This document shows, in pieces, positions 27,800 to 41,663 of a stretch of DNA of 64,000 bases. The notes beneath the pieces were generated by a model. The model saw only the letters and a list, made by a program, of their open reading frames with translations, was not told the DNA's origin and did not search any database. The DNA comes from Schmidtea polychroa (Eukaryota). Each line of letters starts with the position of its first letter. Position 1 is the stretch's first letter. A program made the position numbers and the translations under genes. The DNA is taken from assembly GCA_044892525.1 (NCBI GenBank), contig CM097885.1:28460001-28524000 (forward strand), in the 5' to 3' direction.

Positions 27800-28912
27800 G
27801 GACCAACCTGTTTTTTTGATGCATTAAATAAAAATAATATTTATTGAAATTTTAACAGCACCAAATATATATTAATTAATTTTTTAATCCCCTTAAAATG
27901 GATATTGATAGAATAATTAAAATGAATGAAGAAGAGCTCATATATTTTATGAAAGACAATGACATGTTAACAAATGAATTAGAATGCTATTCTTGCCAAA
28001 AAGAAATGATACTAGTAAAGACAAAAAGAAATTATGATTGTATGTGTTGGAGATGCCGATTATCTGAGTGTATAAAACGAGATTATTATGTTTCGGTTAG
28101 AGAAAATAGATTTTTGAGAAGATAAGGATACCTCTCAAAGAAATTTTAAAATTTCTATTTTATTGGTCGAAAGGTTGCAAAGTGCTGAAATTTTGAAGTT
28201 TGTGAAAATTAAAGAAGATTCAATACGAAAGCTAAGACAATTGCTTATTTCAGCAATCAAAAACCATAACGAAGCGCATCCTTTTCTGTTAGGATGTCCA
28301 GGAAAGCTCGTGTAGGTAGACGACACCATGCTGAATCACAAGGTGAAGGCACACAGAGGAAGCCCCAAAAAACAAATTTTGGCATTGGTTATTGTTGATT
28401 GCTCTTTTTCACCAGCGAAAGGCTACATGTGCCTTGTTCCTGATAAAAAAGCTGAAACAATAATACCAATTATAGAGAAATATGCGAGAAAAGGTTCAAT
28501 TATCCATACAGACGATGCAAAAATCTATAGACAAGTAGATAAAAAGGCATCTTATGAACACAAATCAATTGTTCATAAATATAAATTCGTGGATTATAAA
28601 AATGGCGTTCACACCCAGAACATCGAAAGTTACAATAACAAAATAAAGCTAAATATAAAAGAAATGCGGGGTATAAAAGATAATTGCCGAGAAAATTTTC
28701 TTGTGGAGTTTATGTGGTTGGATAATGACAAAAATGATTGTTTTGAAAAAACATTATATTTGATTAGAAAGTTCTAAGTTATTAATTTGTTATGTTATTA
28801 ATGTTTAAAAGTTATTTTCTGATTTTATAATATTGTGATTTTATTTAAAACAATAATATAAGTTATGATTTATTTATAAAAAAAATTCTGGGTCAAAAAA
28901 TTGGGATGATCC
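27800..28912 (+). mobile_element. Merlin (IS1016/ISXO2-like) DNA transposon with inactivated transposase (27898-28777)
   Basis: 8-bp TSD GAAATTTT (27792-27799, 28913-28920); imperfect TIRs GGAcCAaCC..TTTTTTGA; zinc ribbon CYSC...CWRC; DDE motifs VDDT, IIHTDD, GVHTQNIES; frameshift and stop codons. Confidence 0.85.
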
Positions 28913-29156
28913 GAAATTTTTATGCAAATTCATCAAGCAGTACTTTGAAACTTTCATTTGTTTTTTTAAATGTAATATTTCAAAATACATTTGTTTTAAT
29001 AATTATTTTCGGCACGAATTATATTAATTAATATCTAATTTTAAAATTTTAATTGAAATTACATTTTACTTTCAATTTGAGAATTATTTGGGAGTTATTT
29101 TGAATCTATATACCTCTAATTTAATTCCGCTTTAAAGCCAGGAAATATTTAAAAAT

Positions 29157-29927
29157 ATAATATAAGAAAAATCAATAATCTTACATTATAGAAACATACA
29201 TACTTTGATTTCACGCTGATGTTCTTATTGATAGTGCAATGAGATACATATTACACTATCGAAATCTAAAAAATGATAGAAAAATTAAATACTGCACACA
29301 AAACACATACATACTTTCGATTCATAGAAATGCGCCTCTGACAAATGTTTCTATAATAACTTTATTTTAGACAAATTTTAGAAAAAAAATGATTTCTGAA
29401 AATGTTTTTAAATGTATTTTTTAAAGAAACTACGTTAAATTGTCATGAAAATGACGAAATATCATCGTAAGAATAATTTGGAGTTAAAATTAAGTTCATT
29501 AACATTTCTGATATTTGTTTTAGAAATATCTTAGATAAATTGATTTTTGGCAATTGATTTAATTATTTCATTATAATTAAAAATATATCTGACTTATATT
29601 ATATCAAAATAATTCCAAAAAACTTCAAAATAAATTTTATAAAATTCCTAAAATAATCTTAAAAATAATTAAAAATAATTTATAATACAATTGTTGACTA
29701 AAAGTAATATTTAAGAACTTGAATATTAATCTCATATCTATATAAATCAAAATTCAAGTCTTAAAATTTACTTAAAATTAAACATCTTACCTGAAAGCCA
29801 TTTCTAAAATGACTAAAAATTTTAATAGACAAATGAAATTTATTAAATTGGTGAGTCAATTTAACGAGACCAATTGGTGTACACACTAACCACCACTATA
29901 GAAAATGTATCTCAGTGGTGTTTGGTG
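29157..29927. mobile_element. Truncated diverged copy of the 10922-11747 MITE (inverted)
   Basis: Collinear reverse-complement similarity; one end TCTCAGTGGTGTTTGGTG-TA. Confidence 0.75.
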
Positions 29928-31290
29928 TATTATATTACTAAAATATTACAGTAATTATGCTGATTATTTTTTTACTTACCGGTGCTGTTTCCTCTTACAA
30001 TTCCACGCACTTTCGTTTTCTGATAGTTGCCGTTGTTGGCTACTTCTGTAAACGACTATTAGATTAAGTGTTGAATAAGTGTCCCTTTAAGCTACAATCA
30101 TTTAATTTATTTTTTTATGTAGACAAGTTTACTAATGACACACGACACAATGGTGATTTTTCCATTCGAAAACGAATTAGTTCAGGATACCTGATAAAGA
30201 AGTTATTCAGTTAAAAGGTTAATTTTAATACATTTATTAACATATATAAATAATAAAAGTTTAAAATGATAATATATATATTTATTTAAAATTTAATAAA
30301 CTTTAAAATTCATTGTTATTATTTTTTAAATTTTATATTTATCTAAAAATATTTTATTAAAATCTTTTATTAATTTAAATAAAAATCAAGATAATTTGAG
30401 TCTACATAAATGATATTATGTGCATGAAGTCAAAATCACGGGCAAAAGCGAAATACAATCCGGTTCTATCCACAAACATCGTGATGAAAAATAGGCATAC
30501 AATTTTGTTTTAATCATGTATCGGTGTAATTTCTATACAGACTCAAAATATATCACTTGAATATGATGTCTAATTTGTCTGTTTATAACAGATTCAATTT
30601 GGAAATGGTGTGCTAAAAATCAATTGCGTGTAACTTTCATTAAAATTAACTCTTAGTAAAATCTCCTATTTATTTTGATCATCTTTAATCTGTTTACTTT
30701 TTTTGATATTTTCTTTGTGTTCCTTTTTGTAAGTTAAGTTGCTAATTGTTTCTAAAATTTTGTAATATGGAATGTTATACATTCTGTATTTATTAAAAAT
30801 ACTGCCAAATATTTATCTATTTTCAAACCAATTTAAAATATAATATTTCCTTAGCATCATATATCAATCTTTTGACATCTTTCAATATTGGAAAGTAATA
30901 AACAAAACCTTTTTGTATTTATCTAAAAATATTTTATTAAAATCTATTATTAATTTAAATAAAAATCAAGATAATTTGAGTCTACATGAGTCTAATGAGT
31001 AAGAATTTTGATTAATCTACTTTTGAGACCTTTCAAAATTGAAGAATTTTGAGAAATGTAATTAACAAAATTGAAAATTTAAATAAATATTTATGATATC
31101 TATTTTTCCCAATAATTATTAAATTAAAATTATCATTTAAAAAAGATTTAAATACAATATTTGAAAATTTCATTTTTTTAAAATAATTAAAAAATAATTT
31201 TAATATTTTTATCCAATCAAATTTGTAATAAATAAATGTTAAAAGAATGTTATCTCTTTTCAAATAATCAAAATTCCAGACATCATTAAA

Positions 31291-32133
31291 ATGATTCTAA
31301 ATGAAAGTTACGAATTTATTTCAAAACTTCAGGCATCGGTAAGGAGTACCATTTACAAAGCACGGAACAATTCGAAGCAAAATCTAAGCCACAAAACAGT
31401 TGTAATTAAAAGTATTATTAAATCCAAATCCGAATTGTTTATTGACAGTAAAGACTATTCCTTTCCTATACCAAAAGAAATGCATTTTATCAAATTAATT
31501 AATAATGTAAAATTCTGTCCAAAAATTCTCGACTATTTTCAAAATGAAACAGAATTTTCAATCGTTATGGAAAATTTAGATGGAGATTGGATAGATATGC
31601 ACCATTTTATGTCAAAAAGCCCACAAAGTGAAAATATTTTAAGAAAAATTGTAAAAAATATCGTTTTAGTTTTAGAAAATTTAATCTGTAAAGGTGTTTA
31701 TCATTTAGACATAAAACTCAAAAATATTATGATCAATCAAGCTACTTACAAAATAAAATTCATAGATTTTGAAAGTTCTCTTTATGATATAATAAACGAA
31801 AATCCTACTCACAAAGGTTTTGTCGGTACTATCGGATATTCGAGTTATGAAGCTGTCAAAGGTGTGACATACGATGTCAAGAAAAATATGGTATTTGAAA
31901 TCGGATGCTTAATATACATTTGTATTGAGCGTAAAAGTATCTTTAAAAATATTAAAGAATATGACTATGTTCGACATATTTTCTTTTTAAAATCTTCCAA
32001 AAAAGCTCAAAGTCTCATCAACAAATGTATCACCTTCAATGTAGAAGAGAGATTAGATCTAAATAAAATATTAAGTCAAAGTTGGTTTCAAAAAGCGTCT
32101 ATAAGGGAGAATATGTCAAAAATGATTGTTTAA
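31291..32133 (+). CDS. Intronless Pim/CAMK-like Ser/Thr kinase-fold protein (possible pseudokinase), 280 aa
   Basis: VVIK, IPKE (alphaC), YHLDIKLKNIMI, KFIDFE, FVGTIGYSSYE, ERLDLNKILSQSW. Confidence 0.85.
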   Translation: MILNESYEFISKLQASVRSTIYKARNNSKQNLSHKTVVIKSIIKSKSELFIDSKDYSFPIPKEMHFIKLINNVKFCPKILDYFQNETEFSIVMENLDGDWIDMHHFMSKSPQSENILRKIVKNIVLVLENLICKGVYHLDIKLKNIMINQATYKIKFIDFESSLYDIINENPTHKGFVGTIGYSSYEAVKGVTYDVKKNMVFEIGCLIYICIERKSIFKNIKEYDYVRHIFFLKSSKKAQSLINKCITFNVEERLDLNKILSQSWFQKASIRENMSKMIV

Positions 32134-32849
32134 TAACTAAATATATCTATCAATTATGTTATTTTATTTAATTATAAAAATTTAAATGCTTTTAGTTAAA
32201 AATATTTTATTTGATTTGTAAAAATAATTATAACTAATTCATAAATAATTTTTAAAAAATTTTAAATAAATTTTTTTTTAATTTGTTAAAGTGAAAATAA
32301 ATAAAATTTTATATTTTAATATAAATTATAAATTTCATTTTGTTTTACTTTAAAAAGTAATTCTTGATATTTTCATTATGATTATAAATCAAAGATATTT
32401 TCCTGTTTAAAAATATTTGTCGGCACTTGATAAATACAGTTTAAAAATTAATTTTTGATTCAAAGAAAATATATCAAAGGTGGCTTCACTAATAAGATTG
32501 TAAAAATTTTTTATGACGTTTTGACTTTTTGTTAGCAAATGACCTTCATGGGTTGATTTAAATGTTGAAAAATTTAAATAAATTACACTACTTAATTTTA
32601 ATGATTTGTGAGTATAGAATACTTTTTTTACATTTTTAAAAATTTTAAATATTCAAAAGTTTTTACAATTTTTTTAAAATTATTTAGAATTATCTTTAAA
32701 AATAAATTTTACGTTTTTAACTTTATTTAAATTTAATGTTTAATAAATTTTAATAAAGTTATGTTTCTTTAAAAATTTTATTTTAATTTTAAAAATTTAT
32801 TTGTTAATAATTTGTATTTTAATTGAAATTAATATAATGAAATATTTAA

Positions 32850-33021
32850 TTTATTAAAAAGAGCTTGAAGACTATGAATCAGTAAATATATCGAGGTTTA
32901 TGATATTCACGAATTTTCGGAATTGCCTTTTTCAAGTGAATTTCGTGAAAAGAAAAATTCGTGAATATCAAAAGCATCGATATATTTACTAATTTATAAT
33001 ATTCAAGCTCTTTTTAATAAA
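32850..33021. repeat. Palindromic (foldback/MITE-like) element, ~65-bp arms
   Basis: TTTATTAAAAAGAGCTTGAA...TGATATTCACGAATTTT pairs with AAAATTCGTGAATATCA...TTCAAGCTCTTTTTAATAAA. Confidence 0.8.
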
Positions 33022-34519
33022 TACAATGGAAAAAATCAGTGGTGAAATTGGAAAAAAAAGTTCCTATAATAAATATTTAATTATCACTTTAATTTTACAA
33101 AATTAAAAAATATATTTTTATATTCATACGAGCATTATGAAATACATTAAATATTCTAAGTCTTTTTTAAAATTTTTAAAATGACCTAATTTTTGAAACA
33201 TAAAGTTATTTTTGTAAAATATGACAATTAGGCTTTCGTAAAGGTCGTGGGATACCTATTATAATTGTAAGGGTGTTTTTACCAGAGGTAGTGGGCGTGG
33301 AAATTAATATAATAATGTCGTATTAATTATTTTAAAATTACATAAGCAATTCGATGGAGTTTTCAGATTGCAATGAATGCTTATAATTACTTTATTTACA
33401 AAGGAAGTAATCAGATTAAATGCAAACTATTTCCAAGAAAAATTCATTTATATTGAGTAACGAAAAGAGATTACCGGCTTTCGTATATCCAGCCGGATCG
33501 CAAACAAGATTTGTTGCGTGACAATTTTGTAAATTTCAAAATAGAAATGTAATATTTTACGATAATTTAAGTGCTTGAAATCGAATTATATTTTTCTAAA
33601 CGAACACGAAAGGTTTTATAATTATTTTTACTATCACACGAACCTGTTCAAAAATAAATCCGAAAAATCTACAGTTTAAAACAAAACTAACATATTTTAT
33701 TTTTAATATTCTGAAATCCATGATAATGTTAATAACGGATATGAACCCTTTATAAGCACAACAAACATTATACGTTAAACGCATTTGCTACTTTGGAACA
33801 GAGAAACCAATATTAAAATTCACAAATTTAAGGCCAACTGTTGATACTACGTGCAAATCATGGTATTGTAAACATAGAAATAATTGAGCTTGGGAGTTAT
33901 AAATAGCGTATAAAGATTGTAACTTTACCTCTTAACGGGGACAAGCTTCAACTGGTGTGCTCTCAGTTTGTTGCAAACAATTCATACTGAAACACATCAT
34001 TTTATGTTTTGATTTTATTTGGTTCCTTCTCTCACTGTAACTCCTATCTCTCTCACTTCTCTATGATACCCTTTCTCCCAGCAATAACTGTCAATGAATG
34101 TTATATTCATGTAGTCAATACGACTTATGCAAAACTAATGTTTGCTTAAATATTTATTTTAGGAGACTCTAAAAGATATGAAAAATATTCACAGAAGACT
34201 TTATGTCTACCTATTTTAGAATTACAAATATCGAAAACAATGATAAAATCATTTAATAATATTTTATTATATGATAATGTGCATCAGGTTTAAATTGTTA
34301 CTCAAGAAATAAAAGTTCTCAAAAATATATGCAACTAGTACATTGAAGAAATCGGATTTATCAATCCATCCTCGAGAATGAGGTTAAGCTAGCACTAGTT
34401 GCTTCTAATCCAATTACCAAGTGGAACAAAAAAGATTTTTGAAATACAAATCTCGAGAATAAGATTCAAAATTGGTCATTTCTCTATAGATGTTTATGTT
34501 TCTCTTATATATATATATA

Positions 34520-34888
34520 CCGTATTTTCAGAAAAAAAGCTACCTAGGGCTTATTTTCGGGTCATATTTGTGACAAACTTTTTTCAGTCAAAAAAAATTA
34601 TTTTTTTTCGGGCATAACAACCTTATGACGTAAAATCGAAAGAAAGTGCCAGGGATAAATAAAAAAAATATAAATTTTATAACAATATGCTAAAATGCAA
34701 TTGCCCGAGCAATTCAATATGTTCGAACCTATGTTCGAATAAAAATTACAATTTTTTCGTTATGTAAATAAGTAATCAGATTTTTCAAGGTAGGTCTTAT
34801 TTTCAGGGTAGGTCTTATATTTTTTGTGGGCGAATAATTCGTGCTAGGTCTTATTTTCGAGGTAGGTCTTATTATAGGGGAAATACGG
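34520..34888. mobile_element. pogo/Tigger-type MITE
   Basis: TA-CCGTATTT...AAATACGG-TA inside TA repeats; internal TAGGTCTTAT repeats. Confidence 0.7.
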
Positions 34889-35059
34889 TATATATATATA
34901 TATTTAAAATATTTTAACTATAAGTTCTTTTTATATTATTGATATTTTTAATTTTAACAATCTAAACTTTTTAAAAATTATTTAACTTAATAATTAAATA
35001 CATTTGAAATCACAATAATCCAATACAGACAATTTACAACCCAAACTATTCAAAGCACA

Positions 35060-35365
35060 ACATTTTCAAAATTAATTTTCGGATTCAGTAGTTTTGATAA
35101 TAAAGCCTCATAAATTACACGCTTTCAATAATTATTGAAATTTTTAATAAAATGATAAAATTTCCTACAGTCTTTAATGTGCTTAATATCGATGACTTCG
35201 TCGATAATGTTCATGAGGTAGAATACAGAAATGATCGAAAGTCTCTCCAAAGTATGTGGTATTACACCTTCTACGTGTAAATTGATAGAGGAGATCAGAA
35301 CATAATAGAACTGGAGTTTTAGAATTATTAATAAACATATTGCGTACTTTACTTGAATTAGACAT
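35060..35365 (-). mobile_element. Penelope-like element GIY-YIG endonuclease remnant
   Basis: SDLLYQFTRRRCNTTYFGETFDH...HEH and, further on, IYEALLSKLLNPKIN. Confidence 0.7.
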
Positions 35366-37808
35366 GATCTTATAATTTTAATTTCAATTTGTATATTATT
35401 GTCAAATAAAATTGTCTTAATATAGGTAAATAATCTTCATTTAGTTTGCGAGCTTCGTTCCGTTTGGTTTTATTTTTTGTTATTATCGTTTCCACGCTGT
35501 AAAGTTATCAGGTTTTGTAACCTATTTCAATAATGGTATCTCGAATTTTTTCATTAATATTCTATTTAATATAAATGTTTTGTATTAATTCAAACAATTA
35601 ATTTATTGCTTTACCAATAAGTGCTACAAGAAAGCATGATAAACTTTTACCAATCTCTTTCATATCATGGTATAATGTGGTAAGCTATGGCGCTCGGGAA
35701 TGGATGGTAAGTGAGGACGACCATTTGTTCAAGCAAATTTTTCCATTATTGTTTCTTAAGCGAGTTGATCCGCATGCTGAATCCCGATTGAATTGTCGAG
35801 TGCTCACTATGCAAGTAGAATGAAAGAGGGAAGCCACGATTGCTATTCTTATCGGTGCCCTGGCAAAGAATTTATTCCGTTTTCGCGATTACAATTTTGA
35901 TGATGAATAGTTCCCGGAATGTTTCAAACCATTATTGAAAAGGCGAGTTTTTCTTTAACATTATATACTTATATCTTTAAACCTTAAAGGTTGTATGTTT
36001 TCTCTTGTTATTATTTGTTTTATAATATATCAAGTTTTTAATTAAATAGTGTAAAAAAGTATTTGTAGCTTTTGTTTGAACTTTTCAAAGAAGTCGTAAA
36101 GATATCGGTGTGTAGATAGGAACAGATAGTTAACGGTTAGCTTATTTCGAACAAATTATCGCTACCGTATTTTATAAGGTCTGGCAGACCCAACTACTAT
36201 TGTTTCTACGATGAAAAGGGTTTCAGAGTGCTGACCCCATTTTTCACAAACACAACATAGTCTGAGTACATATAAATGTCCTAAACTAAACTGCATTATT
36301 AAAAATCTAGTTGGTCACAACATGTGCAAACCATAGCTCGATAATCAAAGCACATGTGAAATTTGCATTCGGGACATCGAAATTTTACTTCATTTTCATT
36401 GTCCGAGGACAGATTGTGCAACGTTTATGTGCGGTAACTTGTACTACTTGCGTTTCATAATGAATTGACAACTCGTAAAGGCACTGACAAAGTGCTTAAA
36501 TCGTTGGAACTTTCATATATCTACGATAATTGATAATTTGATGCAATGTGTGGTTATGTACTAATTGGGAACCAAGATTTTTTAGAAATTCTCTTCTCCA
36601 ATTAGAGATTTGTAAATTAAAATAAATTTAAATGAAATTTAGGTTGAAAATTTAAATAAAAAGTAATTGAAGAAAAAAGACAAATATAAGTGTGATCATG
36701 CACAGAATTGATAGGAAAGGAAAGTAGGATGGAAGCAGTATTAGAAAATGGCAAAAGCAATTGCGAAAGGCAAGAATCCGGAAATCCGAGAAAATTCAAC
36801 AAATTTTAAAATCATCGAAATCGAATAGGGAAAACGGGTATATATTAGCTAGTGGTCAACAACATGATGAATAGGAATTTATCAGAAAATGGTTAGAAAG
36901 AGTCGAAAAGTATTCAGATGTGTTAAAACAGAAAACGTTAATTAATTAATTAATTGCCTAATAGAAAACTCGAGCTGATGGGAAACAAGAGCCAACGGAG
37001 AACCCGAGAAATGAAGAAAACCCAAGCTGGGTAAACAAAGAGAAAAGTAAACAGAAGAAAGATTTGGACCCATTAGCTTGACACAATGATTAATCAGAAA
37101 AGAACACGGAGAAGATAATGCGTGCAGAAAGGCCGGATGGGCCATTAAATATCTTAGTTCGTTGGACCATCGTGGGTGACAGCCGAAGCAAATATGTGGA
37201 GTCAAATGTCAAGTGAGAGATTGGCTCGGCAATAACCATTTGTCATCCCAATTTCGAAGAGTATATAAGAAATGTGAATATCAGAGCAAATCAGCATTTT
37301 GCCTCAGTTAGGATTAGAAGAAATGAGAATAGGCATAAAGCAAAAACGAATTAAAGAGATTAGGGAAAAAGAAGATATAGAATAGAAGTACGAAAAGGTG
37401 AAAAAGGATTAAATCAAATAGAAAAAGGAAAACGTTGGTCAAGAGAACCTAAGAAAATAAAAAGTGAATATTATCTTTTGTCAAAGCATCAACGCGGAGA
37501 GGAGAATCGGTCAAACTTAACTTTGATTATTGATTGTTTATTGTTGAGAAAAGAATATATTTTTGTGATTCAATTGTACATTGGGTAGTTTATTGTTTTG
37601 ATTAAAAGGACTCGAGGAGTTAGAGGTTACCGACTTAAATTAACTAAAACCCAACATGATAACAGTTTCCTCTGGTTTGAATATAACGGAAGCGTTAATA
37701 CTAGCAATGTCCCATAAATCCATGAAAACTCCATAAGACAATCTCTTGCACTTCCGCTTTGCAATTTTGTATCGTACTTGCCTGTTAAATTTAATGTAGC
37801 TGTTACAC

Positions 37809-38166
37809 CAGTGTTTCTCAAACAGTGTGCCGCCAGGTTGAGTCAAGTGTGCCGGGAATTGTTTTTCCCAAAAAAGTTAGTAATAAAATAAATTTACAAA
37901 AACAATATCAAGCTTTTTACTATGAAAATGTCGCTGATGTGGAATTTCCCAAAGAGTACACAAAAAATAAAAATTTATTTACAAAAAACTATTAATTTTT
38001 TTTAATTTTGCACTTTTATTAGAATTTAAAATCTCTCGTAATAATATTTAATTTATAGAGACTAAAAAGTAGCTTTTTTATATATCATTAGAAAATCAAA
38101 AAATTTGTAAAAAATTTTAAATTTTGGGCAGATGTGCCGCGAGCGAGAAAAGTCTGAGAAACACTG
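37809..38166. mobile_element. hAT (Charlie/Buster-like) MITE
   Basis: TIR CAGTGTTTCTCA; subterminal GTGCCG motifs; 8-bp flanks TGTTACAC/TATTAAAC (6/8). Confidence 0.8.
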
Positions 38167-38854
38167 TATTAAACATTTTCTATGGGGTCTGTGAGTCCTC
38201 ATAAAATATGCCACCATCAAAATACAAATTGACATCGAAATTTTGTGATATAAGCTTTCACATTAGTATCATCCGATAAATGACAGAAAACATGAAAAGT
38301 CAAAAAGTGTCAGCTTTGTGAAACTGTTCTTACGAGCACAGTAGGACTTTAGAGAGGGTTGGGGTCTGACAAACCCCAAAATTTATGCTAATCATTAACC
38401 ATATGAAGAAGCCTTGAAAAGATATAAATGGTTTAGTTTTTTAAAAATGAATGATCAACTAAACACCATAGAAGTACGACAATTCATTAAAACTAACCAA
38501 AAATATAAACTGAAATGTAATACATGATATGTTACTTTCAAGTTTATTTTCTAACGTATTTAATATATGTTAGCCATCTATTATACTGAACTTTTATTCA
38601 ACAAGCAAATAATCATATCTAAACATTTTTAAATAACGGTTAAGAATTTAAAGTCAGACTAAAGTTCAAATGATTAATTTGGAATGAATCTATGAACAAA
38701 AAAAATATATATTAATTAGTTTTTTTGAAAAACATTAAATTGTATTTTTAAAAAATTATATGAAATGAATAGAATTTATATGAAATTTGTTATATAAATG
38801 CTTTGTTTATATCAAGGCTTGATTTTACAGTTTTCAATATTACTAATTATCATT

Positions 38855-39479
38855 ATGGTTTTACGTAAGTTTCAATTTACCATACACGATGAAAGTTTAG
38901 ATATTCACATTGAGGATGTATTAATTTTTTTTGCTTAATTTGATGCTCTTATTTTCTTTAGACTAACTTAAATAAACACGGATGCCATACATGGAAATGC
39001 AATGAAGTATTAGCCACTTATTTAATTAAAAATTACAATTTAATTAAAAACAAAACTATATTAGAAGTATATTGATTATCATGATTTTCCTAAATTATAA
39101 AAAAATAGTTAGGTTCTGGAACAGGACTTAGTGGAATATTGTGCTCTAAATTAAATGCATCTATGGTGTATCTCACAGACTTAAATGATGAAGAAGTTTT
39201 TATTAATCTTAGTGAAAATTGTATAAGAAATAATATCAACCAATATAAACTATTTCCTATTTCATGGGGGAATTTATTTCAAGAAAATTTGCTTTCAATC
39301 AATAATTTAGATCTTATTATCGCGTCAGATTGTCTATTTGATAAATCAGGTAGGACAATTTTTGTGATACTTTATGAAAATAAATCGTATTTAGTTTTTG
39401 AAAGTTTTTTTATTACCGTGGCTTTTTTTCTTCGAAAACATCCAAATGCTATTCTGCTTACAACATTTGAAATTAGATG
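38855..39479 (+). CDS. METTL23: METTL23-like class I methyltransferase, exons 38855-38917, 38962-39066, 39109-39349, 39395-39479; 3' exon(s) not located
   Basis: Spliced product contains HGCHTWKCNEVLA, ILE/LGSGTGLSGI, VYLTD, ISWG, DLIIASDCLFD, FESFFITVAFFL...TTFEIR; GT-AG introns of 44, 42 and 45 bp. Confidence 0.8.
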
Positions 39480-40272
39480 GTAATTAATTGCATTTTGTTA
39501 GTAAATTTCTATTTAAAATTTTAATCAATATTTATTTTACTGCAAGATTTTAAATGTCGGAAATAATCAGTGAAATTGTTTTTATAAATTTATAATTAAT
39601 TATTTTTATATATACATTTGAATTATCCGAATAAGATTTTGTTTTAAATTTTTATTTATTAACAATATTATTAGAATAATTCTTATCATCAGAATAATTA
39701 TTTTTCAATTGCGTTTGATAAAGTTTAGCGCAATTGATTAAAAAATTGAACAAATTTTAATCGATTATTTTTAGGTGGAAACATGTTAAAATTTTATATT
39801 CAAAAAATTGCATTTTATTCTTTATTATGATCGATTAAATTGAAATTCTACTTGCTTTACGCAATATTAACAGTCGAGCGATTTGTAAATTTGATATTAA
39901 TTTAATTATTGATCATAAATATTTTTAATTGATTTCAATATACAAATTTTAGTTGAAAAGCAAATTTAACGAATTGAGTATATTTTGACCATTTATAATG
40001 TTTTAATACTAAATAAGCCATAATTTGTAAGTAAATAATAGTTAATTCACATATTCAGACCTTTATAAACCACTGAATTAGTTGATTATTAACGGGATTC
40101 TCCTAATCACAAAATACCAATTGGTGGATTATCGGATTCAATATCTTTTTGAATTACAATCAAATGACCAACTTTTTATTTAATAAATATGGCGCCCTTA
40201 TCCTGAAACACATATTTCCTGGAAGATTTTACTCTCCGTACCCATTGAACGGACATTTATTCTTAAATTGGC

Positions 40273-40976
40273 GTTTCAGCTTGTTCCTTATTATAATCAA
40301 TTAAATTATCATTGTTTAACAATTTCTTAATTACAAAATTCAAATTATGCTTGCTTTACGTAATAATAAAATAGTCAAGGCATTTGCAATTTTGATATTA
40401 ATACAATTATTGATCATAAATATTTGAAATTGATTTCAATATACAAATTTTAGTGGAATAGTTAATTCAATGAATTGATCATAATTTGAATATTTATTAA
40501 ATTTTAATGCAAAATGAGTCTTTACATTATCATTAATAAGTAAATAATAGCTAATTACTCTATTTCAGTGGTGCCCAACCTAGTGCCCGCGGGCAAAAAA
40601 GTGCCCGTGGAGAATTTTTCAAATGCCCGTGGGTGTTTTTCTAAATACGGTTAAAGAAAATATCAATTTTTAGCATTAAGATGTATAATGTTTCAATGAG
40701 AATTACAAGCGCATTTTTAATTTTCGAAATTAAAATTAATCAATCCCAACAATTAATTATTAAATGGGAATTCCAAGAAAATTAAATTTTTTCCTACTTT
40801 AAAATAAAATTAATTAATTTTTTCTATTAACTAATTTTTCAAAAATGTGCCCGCAAAGACTTTTTCATTTAAATAGTTGCCCACTTGATAAAAAGGTTGG
40901 GCACCACTGCTCTATTTGGACCTTCATTAATTACTACGATTCAATGACTAGTTTTTAGTACTTTGAAAATGTAATT
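40273..40976 (+). repeat. ~350-bp direct repeat copy 1 (interrupted by MITE)
   Basis: Nearly identical to 42968-43319 once 40566-40917 is removed; older diverged copy at ~39850-40090. Confidence 0.9.
40566..40909. mobile_element. hAT-type MITE
   Basis: 16-bp TIR CAGTGGTGCCCAACCT; perfect 8-bp TSD CTCTATTT; empty site present at 43253-43260. Confidence 0.95.
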
Positions 40977-41663
40977 TTTTGTCTTGAAATCAATTTTTTC
41001 TCTAGGATTTTTTGTCCTGTTTTTTGTACAATCGGGATGATTTATTTGTTGCATTATAGTTATTCTTATATAGATTTAGTAAATTTAGTTCTTTACTATA
41101 AGCTTCTTTAAAAGAGAAAAACTATCAAAAACTGATGTAATTTAACAGGATGCTTAAAATTTCGAATTTCTTAAAAATTGATTTTTATATTTGATTAAAT
41201 ATTATTTGATCAATTTTCAAAAATATAAATCTCAAAATTTTCAAAATATAAATTAAGACGCAGACATCGTAGGAAGATGGCAAGATAATTTCACATTGTG
41301 AATCAGCTTTATTTAATTGAATATTAAACTTTTTGCATCTCTAATCATCACATAATCCAATATAGTATTCAATGATAAATATATGATCTCAATTTAGCTC
41401 ACAAATCACAAATAATTTAGAATGATATCCACAAACAGAGCCGTCTCTTCCATTGTGCTAACTGTGCTAAGCACAGGGGGCGCCGTGAGTGAAGGGGCGC
41501 CGTAAATTTTATAAAAGCCATAAATTTGATAAAATCGGAAAAAAAATTAGTTTAATATATAAATTAAAATTTTAAATATATGCAAAAATAATTATTATTT
41601 TTTGACATTTATAAAATTTCAGTGATCGATTGTGAATCGATTGTGATCGATTTGTGAATTTAG

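Noticed and set aside
36270..36455. Cys-rich stretch (CPKLNC...CPRTDC) suggesting a zinc-finger remnant
   Set aside because: Interrupted by stops and too short to assign
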